Program-made: the position numbers and the translations under genes
Shown: positions 47,322 through 57,742 of the stretch, one piece after another
How positions within the stretch are numbered: the first letter of the stretch is position 1
How the letters are laid out: every line of letters begins with the position of its first letter
Notes under the pieces: generated by a model
The model's database searches: none
What the model was told of the DNA's origin: nothing
What the model saw: the letters and a program-made list of their open reading frames with translations, nothing else
From: Bryobacteraceae bacterium
GTDB lineage: Bacteria; Acidobacteriota; Terriglobia; Bryobacterales; Bryobacteraceae
Reading direction: 5' to 3'
NCBI GenBank assembly: GCA_041746955.1
Contig: JBGTFZ010000112.1
Span: 6,092-70,091 of the forward strand
Length of the DNA: 64,000 nucleotides

Positions 47322-49733
47322 ATGCGACGTATTGCGATTGCTTTAGCCTTGGCCGCCGTTACGGCGCTTTGCCAGTCCGGATATCAGAAGCCGCCCAAAG
47401 CGGTATTGGATGTACTGCGAGCACCCGATGCGCCGGCGGTGCTTCTCAGTCCGGCCCGCACACACATACTCTTGCTGGACGTCGTCCAGAACCCGTCGAT
47501 CAGCGACATCGCGCGGCCGATGCTGCGGCTGGCCGGACGGCGTATCGACCCTGGGTCGAACGGGCCGCATCTTACTTCGTATGCGACGGCTGTCACCGTG
47601 AAGGATCTCGCATCGGGCAAAGAGACGAAGTTGACGCTGCCCGCCGTCGCGCGACTGTTCTCGCCCACGTGGTCGCTGGACGGCAAGTCGGTTGCAGTCG
47701 CCAATCAAACCGCTTCCGGCACCGAACTCTGGGTCGCCGACGCAGCCACCGGACAGACGCGCAAGCTGAACATCGCGCTGAATGCGGTGATGAGCGATTT
47801 CATGGCATGGCTGCCGGATGGTAAGCGCTTGATCGTATCTTCAATTCCCGCTGGTCGCGGAGCAGCGCCGGAACGTCCACTCACTCCGCCGGGCCCGAAG
47901 ATTCAGGAAACGGAGGGCAAGGCTGGACCTACGCGCACCTATCAGGACATGCTGACGTCGCCCTACGACGAGGCGCTGTTTGAGTACTACGCGAAGTCGC
48001 AGCTGCTGCTGGTGGATGCGGCGTCGGGGAAAGCGACGCCCCTGGGCACGGCCGGCCTTTACGACGACATCTCCGCGTCACCTTCCGGCGGCCACTATCT
48101 GGTCACGGAATATCGCAGGCCTTTCTCTTACCTTTTGCCAGTGCAGCTTTTCACGCGCGATGTGACGGTTCGAGACCTCACGGGAAAAGTAGCCTACACG
48201 GCAGCCAGCCTGCCGATGTCCGACCGGATTCCGATCGATGGGGTGCCTGTGGGGCCGCGGTCTGTCCAGTGGCGTCCCGGCAAACCGGCGACGCTGGTTT
48301 GGGTTGAGGCGCTGGACGGCGGAAACCCGAAGGAGAAGGTTCCGCATCGCGATCGCATCCTGATGCTGAGCCTCCCGGACAAAGGCGAACCATCTGAGCT
48401 TGCGAAGGTGGAGCATCGTCTTCAAGGCGCGGGCTTCGGATCCCCGTCGATCACATGGCTGGACGACGGACGCCTGATGGTTTCTGACTACGACCGCATG
48501 CGCCGCTGGAGCCGCACGTTTCTGGTCGATCCCGCCAAGCCCGCGGGTATGACCGAACTCTTCAGCCGCAATGTCCAGGATCGGTACAAAGATCCCGGCG
48601 CACCAGTAGCCGATACTCGTCCCGATGGGCGCGTTGTCGCGGTAAGGGGCGATTCGATTTTCCTGCGCGGCGCGGGAGCGTCTCCAAAGGGCGATTTCCC
48701 GTTCGTTGACCGCTACTCCCTGGCGACTGGCAAGGCCGAGCGAATCTTCCAATCCGATCCCGAGAAATTCCAGGAAGTGGTGGGCGTGCTGGACGACACC
48801 GGCAGCCGCCTGTTGATCCGCAGCCAAAGTCCGCTGGAACCGCCGAATCTCTACATCCGCGAGGCCAGCGGAAAGCTTACGCCAATCACGAATAATCCCG
48901 ACCCCAGTCCCCAACTGCGCGGCATTCACAAAGAACTGGTGACGTACACGCGGGCGGATGGCGTCAATCTAAGCTTCACGCTGTATCTTCCGCCGGGCTA
49001 CAAGAAGGGCACTCGGCTTCCGACTGTGGTTTGGGCTTATCCGCTGGAGTACAACGACGCAGACACGGCCGGCCAGATTGCCGGATCGCAGAAGCGGTTC
49101 AACCGGCTCTCGGGTTACTCGCACTTGTTCTTTCTTCTGGAAGGCTACGCGATCCTCGACGGCGCGACGATGCCGGTGGTTGGCGATCCGGAGACAGTCA
49201 ACAACACGTATGTGGAGCAGATTGTCGCGTCGGCGCAGGCCGCAATCGACAAGGCTGTTGAGATGGGCGTCACGGACCGCAATCGCGTCGGTGTTGGCGG
49301 CCACAGCTATGGCGCGTTCATGACGGCGAATCTGCTGGCGCACTCCGACCTGTTCCGCGCCGGCATCGCGCGGTCCGGCGCCTACAACCGCACCCTGACG
49401 CCCTTCGGCTTTCAGAGCGAGCGGCGAACGCTGTGGGAGGCTCCCAGTGCCTATTTGAAGATGTCGCCCTTCATGAGCGCGGACAAAATCAAGGAACCGA
49501 TTCTGCTGATCCATGGCGAGGCCGACAACAATCAGGGAACGTTCCCCATCCAGTCCGACCGCATGTATCAGGCGCTGCGGGGGAACGGAGCGACGGTGCG
49601 GCTGGTTTCCCTGCCGCATGAATCGCACGGCTACTCCGCGCAGGAGACGATTGAGCATGTGCTCTTCGAACAGCTGCAATGGTTCGACAAGTACGTGAAG
49701 AACGCTCCGGCGCTGACGTCGCTTCGCGATTGA
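47322..49733 (+). CDS. S9 family (prolyl oligopeptidase-type) serine peptidase with N-terminal beta-propeller
   Basis: 803 aa with a signal peptide. The nucleophile motif is GGHSYGAFM, with late HGEADNN and HGY blocks. Confidence 0.85.
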   Translation: MRRIAIALALAAVTALCQSGYQKPPKAVLDVLRAPDAPAVLLSPARTHILLLDVVQNPSISDIARPMLRLAGRRIDPGSNGPHLTSYATAVTVKDLASGKETKLTLPAVARLFSPTWSLDGKSVAVANQTASGTELWVADAATGQTRKLNIALNAVMSDFMAWLPDGKRLIVSSIPAGRGAAPERPLTPPGPKIQETEGKAGPTRTYQDMLTSPYDEALFEYYAKSQLLLVDAASGKATPLGTAGLYDDISASPSGGHYLVTEYRRPFSYLLPVQLFTRDVTVRDLTGKVAYTAASLPMSDRIPIDGVPVGPRSVQWRPGKPATLVWVEALDGGNPKEKVPHRDRILMLSLPDKGEPSELAKVEHRLQGAGFGSPSITWLDDGRLMVSDYDRMRRWSRTFLVDPAKPAGMTELFSRNVQDRYKDPGAPVADTRPDGRVVAVRGDSIFLRGAGASPKGDFPFVDRYSLATGKAERIFQSDPEKFQEVVGVLDDTGSRLLIRSQSPLEPPNLYIREASGKLTPITNNPDPSPQLRGIHKELVTYTRADGVNLSFTLYLPPGYKKGTRLPTVVWAYPLEYNDADTAGQIAGSQKRFNRLSGYSHLFFLLEGYAILDGATMPVVGDPETVNNTYVEQIVASAQAAIDKAVEMGVTDRNRVGVGGHSYGAFMTANLLAHSDLFRAGIARSGAYNRTLTPFGFQSERRTLWEAPSAYLKMSPFMSADKIKEPILLIHGEADNNQGTFPIQSDRMYQALRGNGATVRLVSLPHESHGYSAQETIEHVLFEQLQWFDKYVKNAPALTSLRD

Positions 49734-50608
49734 TCGCACGGTCGATTCTTAGTCCGGTAACCGGCTTCCTTCGCGAGGCCGGTTTCACACACTCCCTTAC
49801 GCCGGCGCGCAATTGCACGTTTGGTTGCACGTATTGTTACGTGCCGACGCTTCGGATCTACGCGGGACTTCAGCGCGAGGACTGGTTGCGCTGGGGCCAG
49901 TTCACGACGTTCAAGGACAACGCGGCCCAGCTGTTGGCGCGCGAGCTTCGAGCGGACCAGCGCGTCTACTGCTCGCCGTTGGTGGATCCCTACCAGCCGG
50001 AGGAAGCGCAGCGCAGGCTGATGCCGGAAATTCTCGCTTCACTGGCCGGTCGTCCACCGGCGGTGTTTTGCCTACAAACCCGGGGACCATTGATATTGCG
50101 TGATACGGAACTTCTCTCGCGGATTCCCGGAATGCGCGTCAGCTTCTCCGTCACTACGAATCGCGAAAGTATCCGCCGCTTGTATGAGCCGCATTGCGCA
50201 TCTTTTGAGGAACGTCTTGCTGTGATCCGGCTGCTTCGCAGCGCGGGTCTGAACGTGTTCGCCACGCTTGCGCCATTGCTGCCATGCGATGCGGAGGAAC
50301 TTGCAGAAGCGGCTCTAGAAGCCACTGGCAACGATCTGATCGGCGATCCGCTGCATGTCTGGGGCGTCAAGAAAACAGGTGCGACCACAAGGCCGGAGGC
50401 ATTCAAAATCGCGGCGCGCCAAGGCCACGCGCAATGGATAGACCCGGAATTTCAGAATGAGATCGTTCAGCGAATCGCAGCCACTGCCGCGACCGCCGGG
50501 CGTCGATTCATTACCGGACCTGCGGGCTTCGCGCTGCTTTCGCGCGCGAGTTGCGTACCTACTCAGGCAGCGACAGAGCGACCAGAGCGGACCCTGCGCC
50601 CATCGTGA
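49730..50608 (+). CDS. Radical SAM protein (SplB / Rv2578c-like)
   Basis: The CxxxCxxC motif is CTFGCTYCY. The start is uncertain: TTG 49730 overlaps the upstream stop, or ATG 49679. Confidence 0.7.
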   Translation: MIARSILSPVTGFLREAGFTHSLTPARNCTFGCTYCYVPTLRIYAGLQREDWLRWGQFTTFKDNAAQLLARELRADQRVYCSPLVDPYQPEEAQRRLMPEILASLAGRPPAVFCLQTRGPLILRDTELLSRIPGMRVSFSVTTNRESIRRLYEPHCASFEERLAVIRLLRSAGLNVFATLAPLLPCDAEELAEAALEATGNDLIGDPLHVWGVKKTGATTRPEAFKIAARQGHAQWIDPEFQNEIVQRIAATAATAGRRFITGPAGFALLSRASCVPTQAATERPERTLRPS

Positions 50609-52142
50609 CGTACTGCCGTCCGTTCACTTCGTAGGTGATCGGCGCGCCCTTCATCTGAAAGCCGAGATTCAGCTTCCAAAGCAGCGATCCGTTCTTGGCG
50701 TCCAGGGCGAAGATGTATCCGTCCACATCCGTTGCGAAGATCAGGCCGCCTCCGGTCGACAAGACGCCGGACCAGGGAGACTTGGCGAGCTTGAACTCCC
50801 ACTTCGTCTCGACGGTTTTCGGATCGATTGCGCGGATGAATCCGTACTCTTTCTCCTCCGTCAACCCGCGAAACACGCTTCCCCAATAGGCCTTGCCTTC
50901 GATGTATTGCGGCGCCGCTTCATAGAAAATGTCGCACTGTTCGCGAACCGAAAAATAGAACCAGCCGGTGGTGGGATTCAATGCCGACGGCATCCAGTTG
51001 GTTCCGCCCACCAGACCGGGGCACACGCTGCTGCCTTCCTTTGACGGCTTACTGGCCGGGATCTCCACCGGGCGGCCCTTGTCGTCGATCTCCCGCGCCC
51101 AATTCTGCTTCACGAAAGGTTTCGCCATCAGGAACTCACCCGTCACGCGGTCCAGCAGGTAGAAAAAGCCGTTGCGGTTCGCGTGAAGAAGCAGCTTCCG
51201 TTGCTTGCCCTGAAATTCCATGTCGGCCAGCATCGGCGTTTGGTTTGCGTCCCAGTCGTGCGTGTCGTGCGGCGTGTACTGAAAGTGCCATTTCAACTCG
51301 CCTGTATCCGGGTTCAGCGCCAGATCGGAGCAAGTGTAAAGGTTGTCGCCCTTGCGAGCATCGCCGTAGAGATCGGGACCCGGATTCCCTACCGACCAGT
51401 ACAGAGTGTCCAACTGCGGATCGTAAGTGCCGGTCATCCAAGTGGGTCCGCCGCCGCGCTTCCACGAATCCCCGGACCATGTATCGCCGCCCGGCTGCCC
51501 CGGCTCGGGCACCGTGTAGAAGCGCCACAGACGCTTGCCCGTCGCCGGATCGTATGCATCGATGAAGCCACGGATTCCGTATTCGCCGCCGCCGATTCCT
51601 GCGATAACTTTGTCCTTCACCACCAGGGGGGCAACGGTGGCGCCGTAGCCTTTCTTGTTGTCCTCCATCTGGACATTCCAAATCATTTGGCCCGTGCGCG
51701 CGTCCAGCGCCAGGATGTGCGCGTCCGGCGTGGTCATAAACAGGCGGTTGCCGAGAATTGCGAATCCGCGGTTCACGTTGCCGTTCGGCAGCAGCTCGCC
51801 TTTCGGCACAGGGTAAGTGAACTTCCACAGCTGCCGTCCGCTGCGGGCGTCGATGGCGAACGCCACGCCGCCGGACGCGGTGAAGTACATGATGCCGTCT
51901 ACGACTAAAGGTGTGGATTGAAACTCGCCGGGCTGGTTCGTCTGAAAGATCCAATCGACGCGCAGATCCTTCACGTTCGACGCGTTGATCTGGTTCAGCT
52001 CACGATGCCGGCGGCCGGAGTAGTCTCCGAAGTACGTCATCCAGTTCTGCTGTTCGTCCAGAGCGTTCTTCAAACGGTTGAACGACACGTCCTGCGCGGG
52101 CGCGGCAAGCGTAGCCGCAAGAATGATGAGTGCAAATCGCAT
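50559..52142 (-). CDS. PQQ-dependent dehydrogenase (methanol/ethanol family)
   Basis: The start is at MRFALIILAATLAAPAQD (52142), overlapping the upstream stop as TAATG. It has the repeated W-motif beta-propeller pattern, e.g. WKF, WRF, WHF. Confidence 0.85.
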   Translation of the reverse strand: MRFALIILAATLAAPAQDVSFNRLKNALDEQQNWMTYFGDYSGRRHRELNQINASNVKDLRVDWIFQTNQPGEFQSTPLVVDGIMYFTASGGVAFAIDARSGRQLWKFTYPVPKGELLPNGNVNRGFAILGNRLFMTTPDAHILALDARTGQMIWNVQMEDNKKGYGATVAPLVVKDKVIAGIGGGEYGIRGFIDAYDPATGKRLWRFYTVPEPGQPGGDTWSGDSWKRGGGPTWMTGTYDPQLDTLYWSVGNPGPDLYGDARKGDNLYTCSDLALNPDTGELKWHFQYTPHDTHDWDANQTPMLADMEFQGKQRKLLLHANRNGFFYLLDRVTGEFLMAKPFVKQNWAREIDDKGRPVEIPASKPSKEGSSVCPGLVGGTNWMPSALNPTTGWFYFSVREQCDIFYEAAPQYIEGKAYWGSVFRGLTEEKEYGFIRAIDPKTVETKWEFKLAKSPWSGVLSTGGGLIFATDVDGYIFALDAKNGSLLWKLNLGFQMKGAPITYEVNGRQYVTMGAGSALVALSLPE

Positions 52143-52927
52143 TAGTGAATTCCTTTGGCCCGCTTCGCCGGTCCGGTAGCAGTGATGTTCGCCCGCAACG
52201 AGTCCAGGTACGCCAACAGGTTGTCGAGATCCGCACCGGAAAGTTGAGCGTACGCGGGCATCAACGATTTCGGCGCCGCCTGCACCTCCCGCAACTCCGC
52301 GCGCTTGTCGAACATCCGGAATTTGCCAGCCTGATCGCGAAGCTGAAGCGTGAAGGTGTCCTCGTTCACTTTCAACCCCTGCACTTTGCGTCCGTCCTTC
52401 AGTACCGCGACGACGCCCTCCCATTCCTGAGGAATATCCGTGGAAGGATTGACGATCGATTCTCGAATGTACCCGGCGGACCGCGCCACTCCGATGCGGC
52501 TAAGGTCGGGGCCGAAGACGCTGCCCTCGCTCTGAATTGCATGGCAGCCCGCGCAGCCGGACTTCGCGTAGATCCCCTTGCCCGCGTCTGCATTGCCTCT
52601 CAGGGGCGGCGAATCCGCTCCGGCATTCGCGAACGCGTTCGTGTATTCGGCAAGACGGTCCAGTTCGTCTTCCAGAAAGTTGGCGAATGCGGGCATCGTG
52701 CTGCCGGGGATGCCTTGGCTGATGACGCGTTTTACATCTCCAACCGTATTGCCATGGTTGCGGCGCCCGGTAAGATCCGGACCTCGTCCGCCCTTACCGC
52801 TTAGTCCATGGCAGAACGCGCAGTTGGAACGGTATAGAGAATCGCCTTCCGCATTCGGGTTTCCGACGGCGGGATGTTGTGCGCTCGCCCACGGGGCGGC
52901 CAGAAGGAGAAAACAGATTGGCTTCAT
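52142..52927 (-). CDS. Di-haem cytochrome c
   Basis: 261 aa with a signal peptide and two CxxCH motifs (CAFCH, CAGCH). Translationally coupled to the PQQ dehydrogenase. Confidence 0.85.
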   Translation of the reverse strand: MKPICFLLLAAPWASAQHPAVGNPNAEGDSLYRSNCAFCHGLSGKGGRGPDLTGRRNHGNTVGDVKRVISQGIPGSTMPAFANFLEDELDRLAEYTNAFANAGADSPPLRGNADAGKGIYAKSGCAGCHAIQSEGSVFGPDLSRIGVARSAGYIRESIVNPSTDIPQEWEGVVAVLKDGRKVQGLKVNEDTFTLQLRDQAGKFRMFDKRAELREVQAAPKSLMPAYAQLSGADLDNLLAYLDSLRANITATGPAKRAKGIH

Positions 52928-52970
52928 GTACAGGGAAAACGAAGAGGACGTCTGCCGACATTATATGCGG

Positions 52971-54023
52971 TCAGGCTGGCAGGGCTACGCGCAGCCGCGC
53001 GGCCGCCTCGACCAAGTCCTGCCAGTTCCCCTCGGCGATCGGAATCCCCTCGCTAAGCCGCTGTTGCTCGATCCTTTTCTCCGGTTCGCCCGGCACCAAT
53101 ACCTCGTCGAATCCGCTGCCCGGCGCGGACGACTTCATCATCGACACTAGCTTCCCGATTCGATCGTTGAAATCGTCGAGAGGGAGAAACCTTCGGATGT
53201 CGATCGCTAGATACGCGTGGCTTACGCGCACAGGACGGTCGGTGAAGCGGATGCCGCCCACTTCGGTTGACAGCGCTCCGCCGCTGAGGACCGCCGAGAG
53301 AACCTCCACCATCATCGCCAGCCCATATCCCTTGTACCCGCCCAGCGGCATCACCAGGCCCGTATAGGCGGCTTCTGTATTCGTGGTCGGCGCACCGTCG
53401 GCGTCCATGGCCCATCCCGCGGGCACGTCCGGCTGGCGGTTGATCCATGCCTTGAAGATTTTGTTCGCCGCCACGGTGGTCGTTGCCATGTCCAGCAGCC
53501 AGGGTTCCTGGCCATCGTTCCCAGACGGCGGAACGGCCATGCAGATCGGATTGGTCCCGAAGCGCTTTTCCTTCCCTTGCCAGGGTGCAACCAGGGACGA
53601 CGCGTTGCAGAAAACCAGACCCAGGCAGCCCTCGCGCGCAAGCTGACGAGCCCACCAGAAGCATCCGCCGAAATGATTCGTCTCCCGCGCGGTCACCATC
53701 GCAAGGCCGTGAAGGCTCGCCAGCCGCAACGCGTGCGTGCAACAATGCTGCGCCGTCACCTGCCCCAATCCGTTGCGCCCGTCGTAGACCATGCAGGCTC
53801 CGGACTCGCTGACGACGCGGCCCTCTTCTGTGGGGCTGACCTGTCCGCTCTCAATCTGCTTCACGTAATACGACAGCAGATGGACACCGTGCGAATCGAT
53901 TCCGCGCAAGTTAGCCGCCAGCAGCATCCGCGCAGTCAGTTCCGCATTCGCTGCGGGAACACCCGCGGCTTCCAGCAGACGGCGCGCAAAGTCCAGCAGG
54001 ACTTCGTGACGGACGACGATCAC
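52971..54023 (-). CDS. Ldh_2 family (malate/L-lactate/ureidoglycolate dehydrogenase type 2) oxidoreductase
   Basis: 350 aa. Contains GIDSHGV, TNHFG, NPICMAVP and GYKGYGLAMMVEVL. Confidence 0.8.
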   Translation of the reverse strand: MIVVRHEVLLDFARRLLEAAGVPAANAELTARMLLAANLRGIDSHGVHLLSYYVKQIESGQVSPTEEGRVVSESGACMVYDGRNGLGQVTAQHCCTHALRLASLHGLAMVTARETNHFGGCFWWARQLAREGCLGLVFCNASSLVAPWQGKEKRFGTNPICMAVPPSGNDGQEPWLLDMATTTVAANKIFKAWINRQPDVPAGWAMDADGAPTTNTEAAYTGLVMPLGGYKGYGLAMMVEVLSAVLSGGALSTEVGGIRFTDRPVRVSHAYLAIDIRRFLPLDDFNDRIGKLVSMMKSSAPGSGFDEVLVPGEPEKRIEQQRLSEGIPIAEGNWQDLVEAAARLRVALPA

Positions 54024-54940
54024 GGCTTCGCGCAGTCTGGCGGATGCAGCACCTGGGCGCTAAGGTCGATTCGCGACGGCGGCGACTTGCCGTCCAGCGC
54101 ATCCACGACGGTCTTCACCGCCTGATAGCCAATCTGGAAAGGGTCCTGCACGATCATTGCCTGGATGACGCCCGTGCGGCAGTCCTCCACCAGCGTGTCG
54201 CTGGAATCGAACGTCACCAGTTTCACCTGGCCCACACGTTCGCGAGCGCGGATCGCCAGCGACGCTCCGACAGAGCCGGGCTCCGCCGAAGCGAAGATTC
54301 CAGCCAGGCGTGGATTCGCGGTCAGCATGTTCTCCGCGGACGCGCGGCCCTTTGCTCGATCCGACATGGAGTACTGCCGGGTGGTGATCTTCAACTGGGG
54401 AAATTCCTTGGCCAGCGTTTCCTCAAAGCCCTTCTCGCGGTCCATGGTCGATGTCGAGCCCGGCGCGTGCATCAACAATCCAATGTCGCCTTGGATGCCA
54501 ACGGCCTTTGCGAGCTCGCGCGCCGCTATCGCGCCACCTTCGTAGTTGTTGGTTGCGAGAAACGAAGTGATGTTCTCCGTGTCGACGCCAGAATCGAAAA
54601 CCACTACCGGAATCCTTGCCGCCATGGCGCGATCGATCGTCGAGACCAGGATCTTTCGCTCGGTCGCGGCGACGGCGATCCCGTCCACTCGCCGGCTGAT
54701 CATCGAATCGAGAATCTGCACCTGCCTCGCATAGTCCGTCTCGGCCGGCGCGCCATTCCACAGCACCTCGACGTCCAGGTCTTCTCCAGCGGCGCGCACG
54801 CCCTTTTCGACGTTCACCCAGAACAGATGCGACGTGGCTTTCGGAACGACGGCGATCGTGCGCTTGTGCTGCCGCTGGCACCCGGCGAGGGCCAGCAGAG
54901 CCGCGATGAGCGCGAGCCTACTGCGCAGTCCAGCCGCCAT
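54020..54940 (-). CDS. Periplasmic sugar-binding lipoprotein (ribose/LacI-type binding fold)
   Basis: 306 aa. Lipobox LALAGC and a type I periplasmic binding protein pattern. No permease or ATPase gene is adjacent. Confidence 0.7.
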   Translation of the reverse strand: MAAGLRSRLALIAALLALAGCQRQHKRTIAVVPKATSHLFWVNVEKGVRAAGEDLDVEVLWNGAPAETDYARQVQILDSMISRRVDGIAVAATERKILVSTIDRAMAARIPVVVFDSGVDTENITSFLATNNYEGGAIAARELAKAVGIQGDIGLLMHAPGSTSTMDREKGFEETLAKEFPQLKITTRQYSMSDRAKGRASAENMLTANPRLAGIFASAEPGSVGASLAIRARERVGQVKLVTFDSSDTLVEDCRTGVIQAMIVQDPFQIGYQAVKTVVDALDGKSPPSRIDLSAQVLHPPDCAKP

Positions 54941-55652
54941 CGATCAGGATGTCCGTTCCCGTGATGTAGCCCGCCTGCGGCGAGCAAAGGTAGGCGGCAA
55001 GCGCCCCAATTTCCGACGGATCGCCCCAGCGCCCCACCGGAAGCTTCGATAGAAACTGCGCGTTCTTCTCCGCGTCGTTCATCAGCGCCGTGTTCATCTC
55101 GGTGGCGAAAGGACCGGGCGAGATGCCGTTCACGGTAATTCCGTCGCCCGCCAGTTCCAACGCCAAAGCTTTCGTCAGGCCCAACAGGGCCGTTTTCGAC
55201 GATGAGTATGCGGTGCGGCCGGGAAGCGAAACATGGCTCATGATCGACGTCATGTTCACGATGCGGCCATAGCCGTGCCCGGTCATCTTCGGAACGATGG
55301 CGCGGCACATAAGAAAGACGCTGGTCAGGTTCGCATCCATCACGTTGCGCCATTCCTCAAGCGTGAACTCGATCAGGTTTTTTCGCAGATTCACTCCGGC
55401 GTTATTCACCAGGATCTGCACTTTGTCGAACTGCGCGGCGAACGCTGCAACTTCACTTTCCGACGTGACATCCACAACGTGCACGCTTGCACCCTCGCCC
55501 ACCTGACGCGCGGATTCCTCCAGCGCTTCGCGATCCCGCCCCACCAGCGCTACCTTTGCGCCCTCGGCGGCCAAGGCGATTCCCATCGCGCGGCCCAGTC
55601 CCCTGCTGCCTCCGGTAATTACCGCTGTCTTGCCTTCCAACGTTTTGGACAT
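54918..55652 (-). CDS. SDR family oxidoreductase
   Basis: 244 aa. Contains TGGSRGLG, NNAG and YSSSK. Confidence 0.9.
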   Translation of the reverse strand: MSKTLEGKTAVITGGSRGLGRAMGIALAAEGAKVALVGRDREALEESARQVGEGASVHVVDVTSESEVAAFAAQFDKVQILVNNAGVNLRKNLIEFTLEEWRNVMDANLTSVFLMCRAIVPKMTGHGYGRIVNMTSIMSHVSLPGRTAYSSSKTALLGLTKALALELAGDGITVNGISPGPFATEMNTALMNDAEKNAQFLSKLPVGRWGDPSEIGALAAYLCSPQAGYITGTDILIDGGWTAQ

Positions 55653-55680
55653 AAGCGGCTATTCTATCGGGCTGTGGGCC

Positions 55681-56169
55681 CTAGCGGGGTTCGTGGCACG
55701 CGTTGCAATCGTTCGGAGCCTTCTTTTGCTGATGGCACGTCATGCACCCGCCCATGCTGATGTCGCCTTCCTTGAACAGGACATCGCGCTCCCGCACGGC
55801 GCCGTGACAAGATTCGCACGTCGATCCCGCCTCGGCATGAAGCCGATGTGAGAAGTAGACGTAGCTGGGCGTTTGATACACCCGCTTCCAGCGGATCTCG
55901 CGCTTCTCGGCGGCGGCCTTGGCCAGTTCCTGGATGTGCGGCGAGTCCGTCTTGATCTTCGTGTGGCACGTCATGCACGCCGCCACTTTCGGGATGCCCA
56001 TTGAATCGCCGGGGTCGGCATTCGTATGGCACGCGTTGCATTCCAGCCCCTTAGACAAGTGCAGCTTGTGCGAATACGGGATCGGCTGCTTTGGCGCGTC
56101 CGCTTCGGCCTGACGGAAGAACGGCTGTTGCGCCAGAAGAAGAATCAGGATCGCGCTACACATCGCCAC
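55681..56169 (-). CDS. Penta-haem c-type cytochrome (cytochrome c3 family-like)
   Basis: 162 aa with a hydrophobic N-terminus and five CxxCH motifs: CNACH, CMTCH, CESCH, CMTCH, CNACH. Confidence 0.8.
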   Translation of the reverse strand: MAMCSAILILLLAQQPFFRQAEADAPKQPIPYSHKLHLSKGLECNACHTNADPGDSMGIPKVAACMTCHTKIKTDSPHIQELAKAAAEKREIRWKRVYQTPSYVYFSHRLHAEAGSTCESCHGAVRERDVLFKEGDISMGGCMTCHQQKKAPNDCNACHEPR

Positions 56170-57742
56170 GCTTCATCGTATCCGCCAAATGCTCCGCCGC
56201 GCGAAGGCTAAGGGCGAGAATCGTCAGTGTGGGATTCTGCGCGCCGCCGCTTGGGAAACAAGAGCCGTCTACAACAAGCAGATTCGGAATCTCGTGGCAT
56301 TGGTTCCAGCGGTTCAGCATCGACGTTTTCGGATCGCCGCCCATACGGCAGCCGCCCAGCTCATGTATGCTCTCACCCGGCGGCACCATCTGCGCATGCG
56401 ATTCCAGTACTTCGAACCCGGCTTCGCGGCACAACTCATCGGCCACTTGCCGCGAATCCTCCGCCATCTTGTGCTCGTTGTCCGTGTAGCGATGCACTAC
56501 GTGAAGCGACGGAATGCCCCAGGCATCGCGTAGATTCGGATTGATCGACGCCACGTTTTCGTAGCGTGGAAGGACCTCGCCCATCGTCGTCAGCGAAAAC
56601 CCGGCACTCTGAAGATCGCTGAGTTCGCGAAGCATGCCCTCGCCAACGCCGCGAATGTACTTCGGATTCGGTGTGCTTCCGGAATTGAAGTCGTAGACGT
56701 AGCCGCGAAGGAAGGGATGCTTCTCGTTCCGCCGGAGGTTGCGAAAGCGGCAGATGTACCCCGCGCCTCCGGTAACCCGGGACTGGCCGCGCGACGCTCG
56801 TGCTTCCGGCACGATTGCCTGCACAACGCTCTTCACATAGAACTGGTCGAAAAGATAGCGGCCCAGCGTGCCACGTGCGTTCGCCAGCCCTTCGGGCCAG
56901 CGCGTCGATTTCGAGTTCAGCAGCAGCCGCGTCGATTCCAATGTGGAAGCGCCCAGGATGACGGCCTCTGCCGCGACATGAAACTCGCGGCGGGAGCGGC
57001 GGTCTACGAACGAGACGCCGTTTGCGCGTCCCGATACGGGGTCGATCGTCACTTCCCGCGCCACGGCGTTGGTAACCAGCTTCAGCTTGCCCGATTCGAC
57101 AGCGGCGGGAAGCAGCAAGTTCAGGCTGGACGCCAGCGTCCCGGTTGCGCGCCTTGGTTTGGTAATCCGGATGTCCCGCTTCGCCGCTGCGGCGATGAAT
57201 CGCTGATTCGCCGGAGAGTCGGGCGATTCATCGGGCAGAAGCTTGCCGTCCGGCAATTGCGGGATGCCCTCATTGCGGCCCTGGACGGAAAACAGAGTCT
57301 CCGCCCGGTCGTAGAAATGCGCAAGGTCGTCATACTTCAAAGGCCAGTTCTCGCCGAACCCGTCAAGGTCCTTGGCCTGAAAGTCGAGATCGGAAAGCCG
57401 CCAGGAGGCGCGGCCCCAGCGCGTCGTTCTTCCGCCGGCCATGCGGATGCGCACCCAATAGTAGGGGTCGCCGGGAGGATAGCTGTACGGATTCTCTTTC
57501 TCGCCGGCCCAAAGGTTTTCGTCGAACTCCGAAGCCTGCACGACGTGCAGAAAGCGCTCCGGCGTTCCGAAACCACGGAACGGCAGGTCGAACACTGCGC
57601 GCAGTTCGCGCTGCTTGTCGATGTCGATTAACGGACCGGCTTCGAGAAGGCAGCACTCCATTCCGAGTTGCGTGAGGGCCCACGCGGCCATTCCTCCTGC
57701 GGCGCCCGATCCGACAATTACCACCGGAAATGTTCTTGCCAT
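56156..57742 (-). CDS. GMC family FAD-dependent oxidoreductase (large subunit)
   Basis: The start is at MARTFPVVIVGSGAAGG, overlapping the upstream stop as TGATG. The C-terminal GMC signature is HELGGCRMG...VVDGSCFPS. Confidence 0.85.
   Translation of the reverse strand: MARTFPVVIVGSGAAGGMAAWALTQLGMECCLLEAGPLIDIDKQRELRAVFDLPFRGFGTPERFLHVVQASEFDENLWAGEKENPYSYPPGDPYYWVRIRMAGGRTTRWGRASWRLSDLDFQAKDLDGFGENWPLKYDDLAHFYDRAETLFSVQGRNEGIPQLPDGKLLPDESPDSPANQRFIAAAAKRDIRITKPRRATGTLASSLNLLLPAAVESGKLKLVTNAVAREVTIDPVSGRANGVSFVDRRSRREFHVAAEAVILGASTLESTRLLLNSKSTRWPEGLANARGTLGRYLFDQFYVKSVVQAIVPEARASRGQSRVTGGAGYICRFRNLRRNEKHPFLRGYVYDFNSGSTPNPKYIRGVGEGMLRELSDLQSAGFSLTTMGEVLPRYENVASINPNLRDAWGIPSLHVVHRYTDNEHKMAEDSRQVADELCREAGFEVLESHAQMVPPGESIHELGGCRMGGDPKTSMLNRWNQCHEIPNLLVVDGSCFPSGGAQNPTLTILALSLRAAEHLADTMKRGDV

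Noticed and set aside
54044-57631. Plus-strand ORFs of 306 aa, 175 aa and 304 aa antisense to the sugar-binding protein, SDR and GMC genes
   Set aside because: These are shadow ORFs with no motifs. The minus-strand genes are well supported and serially coupled.
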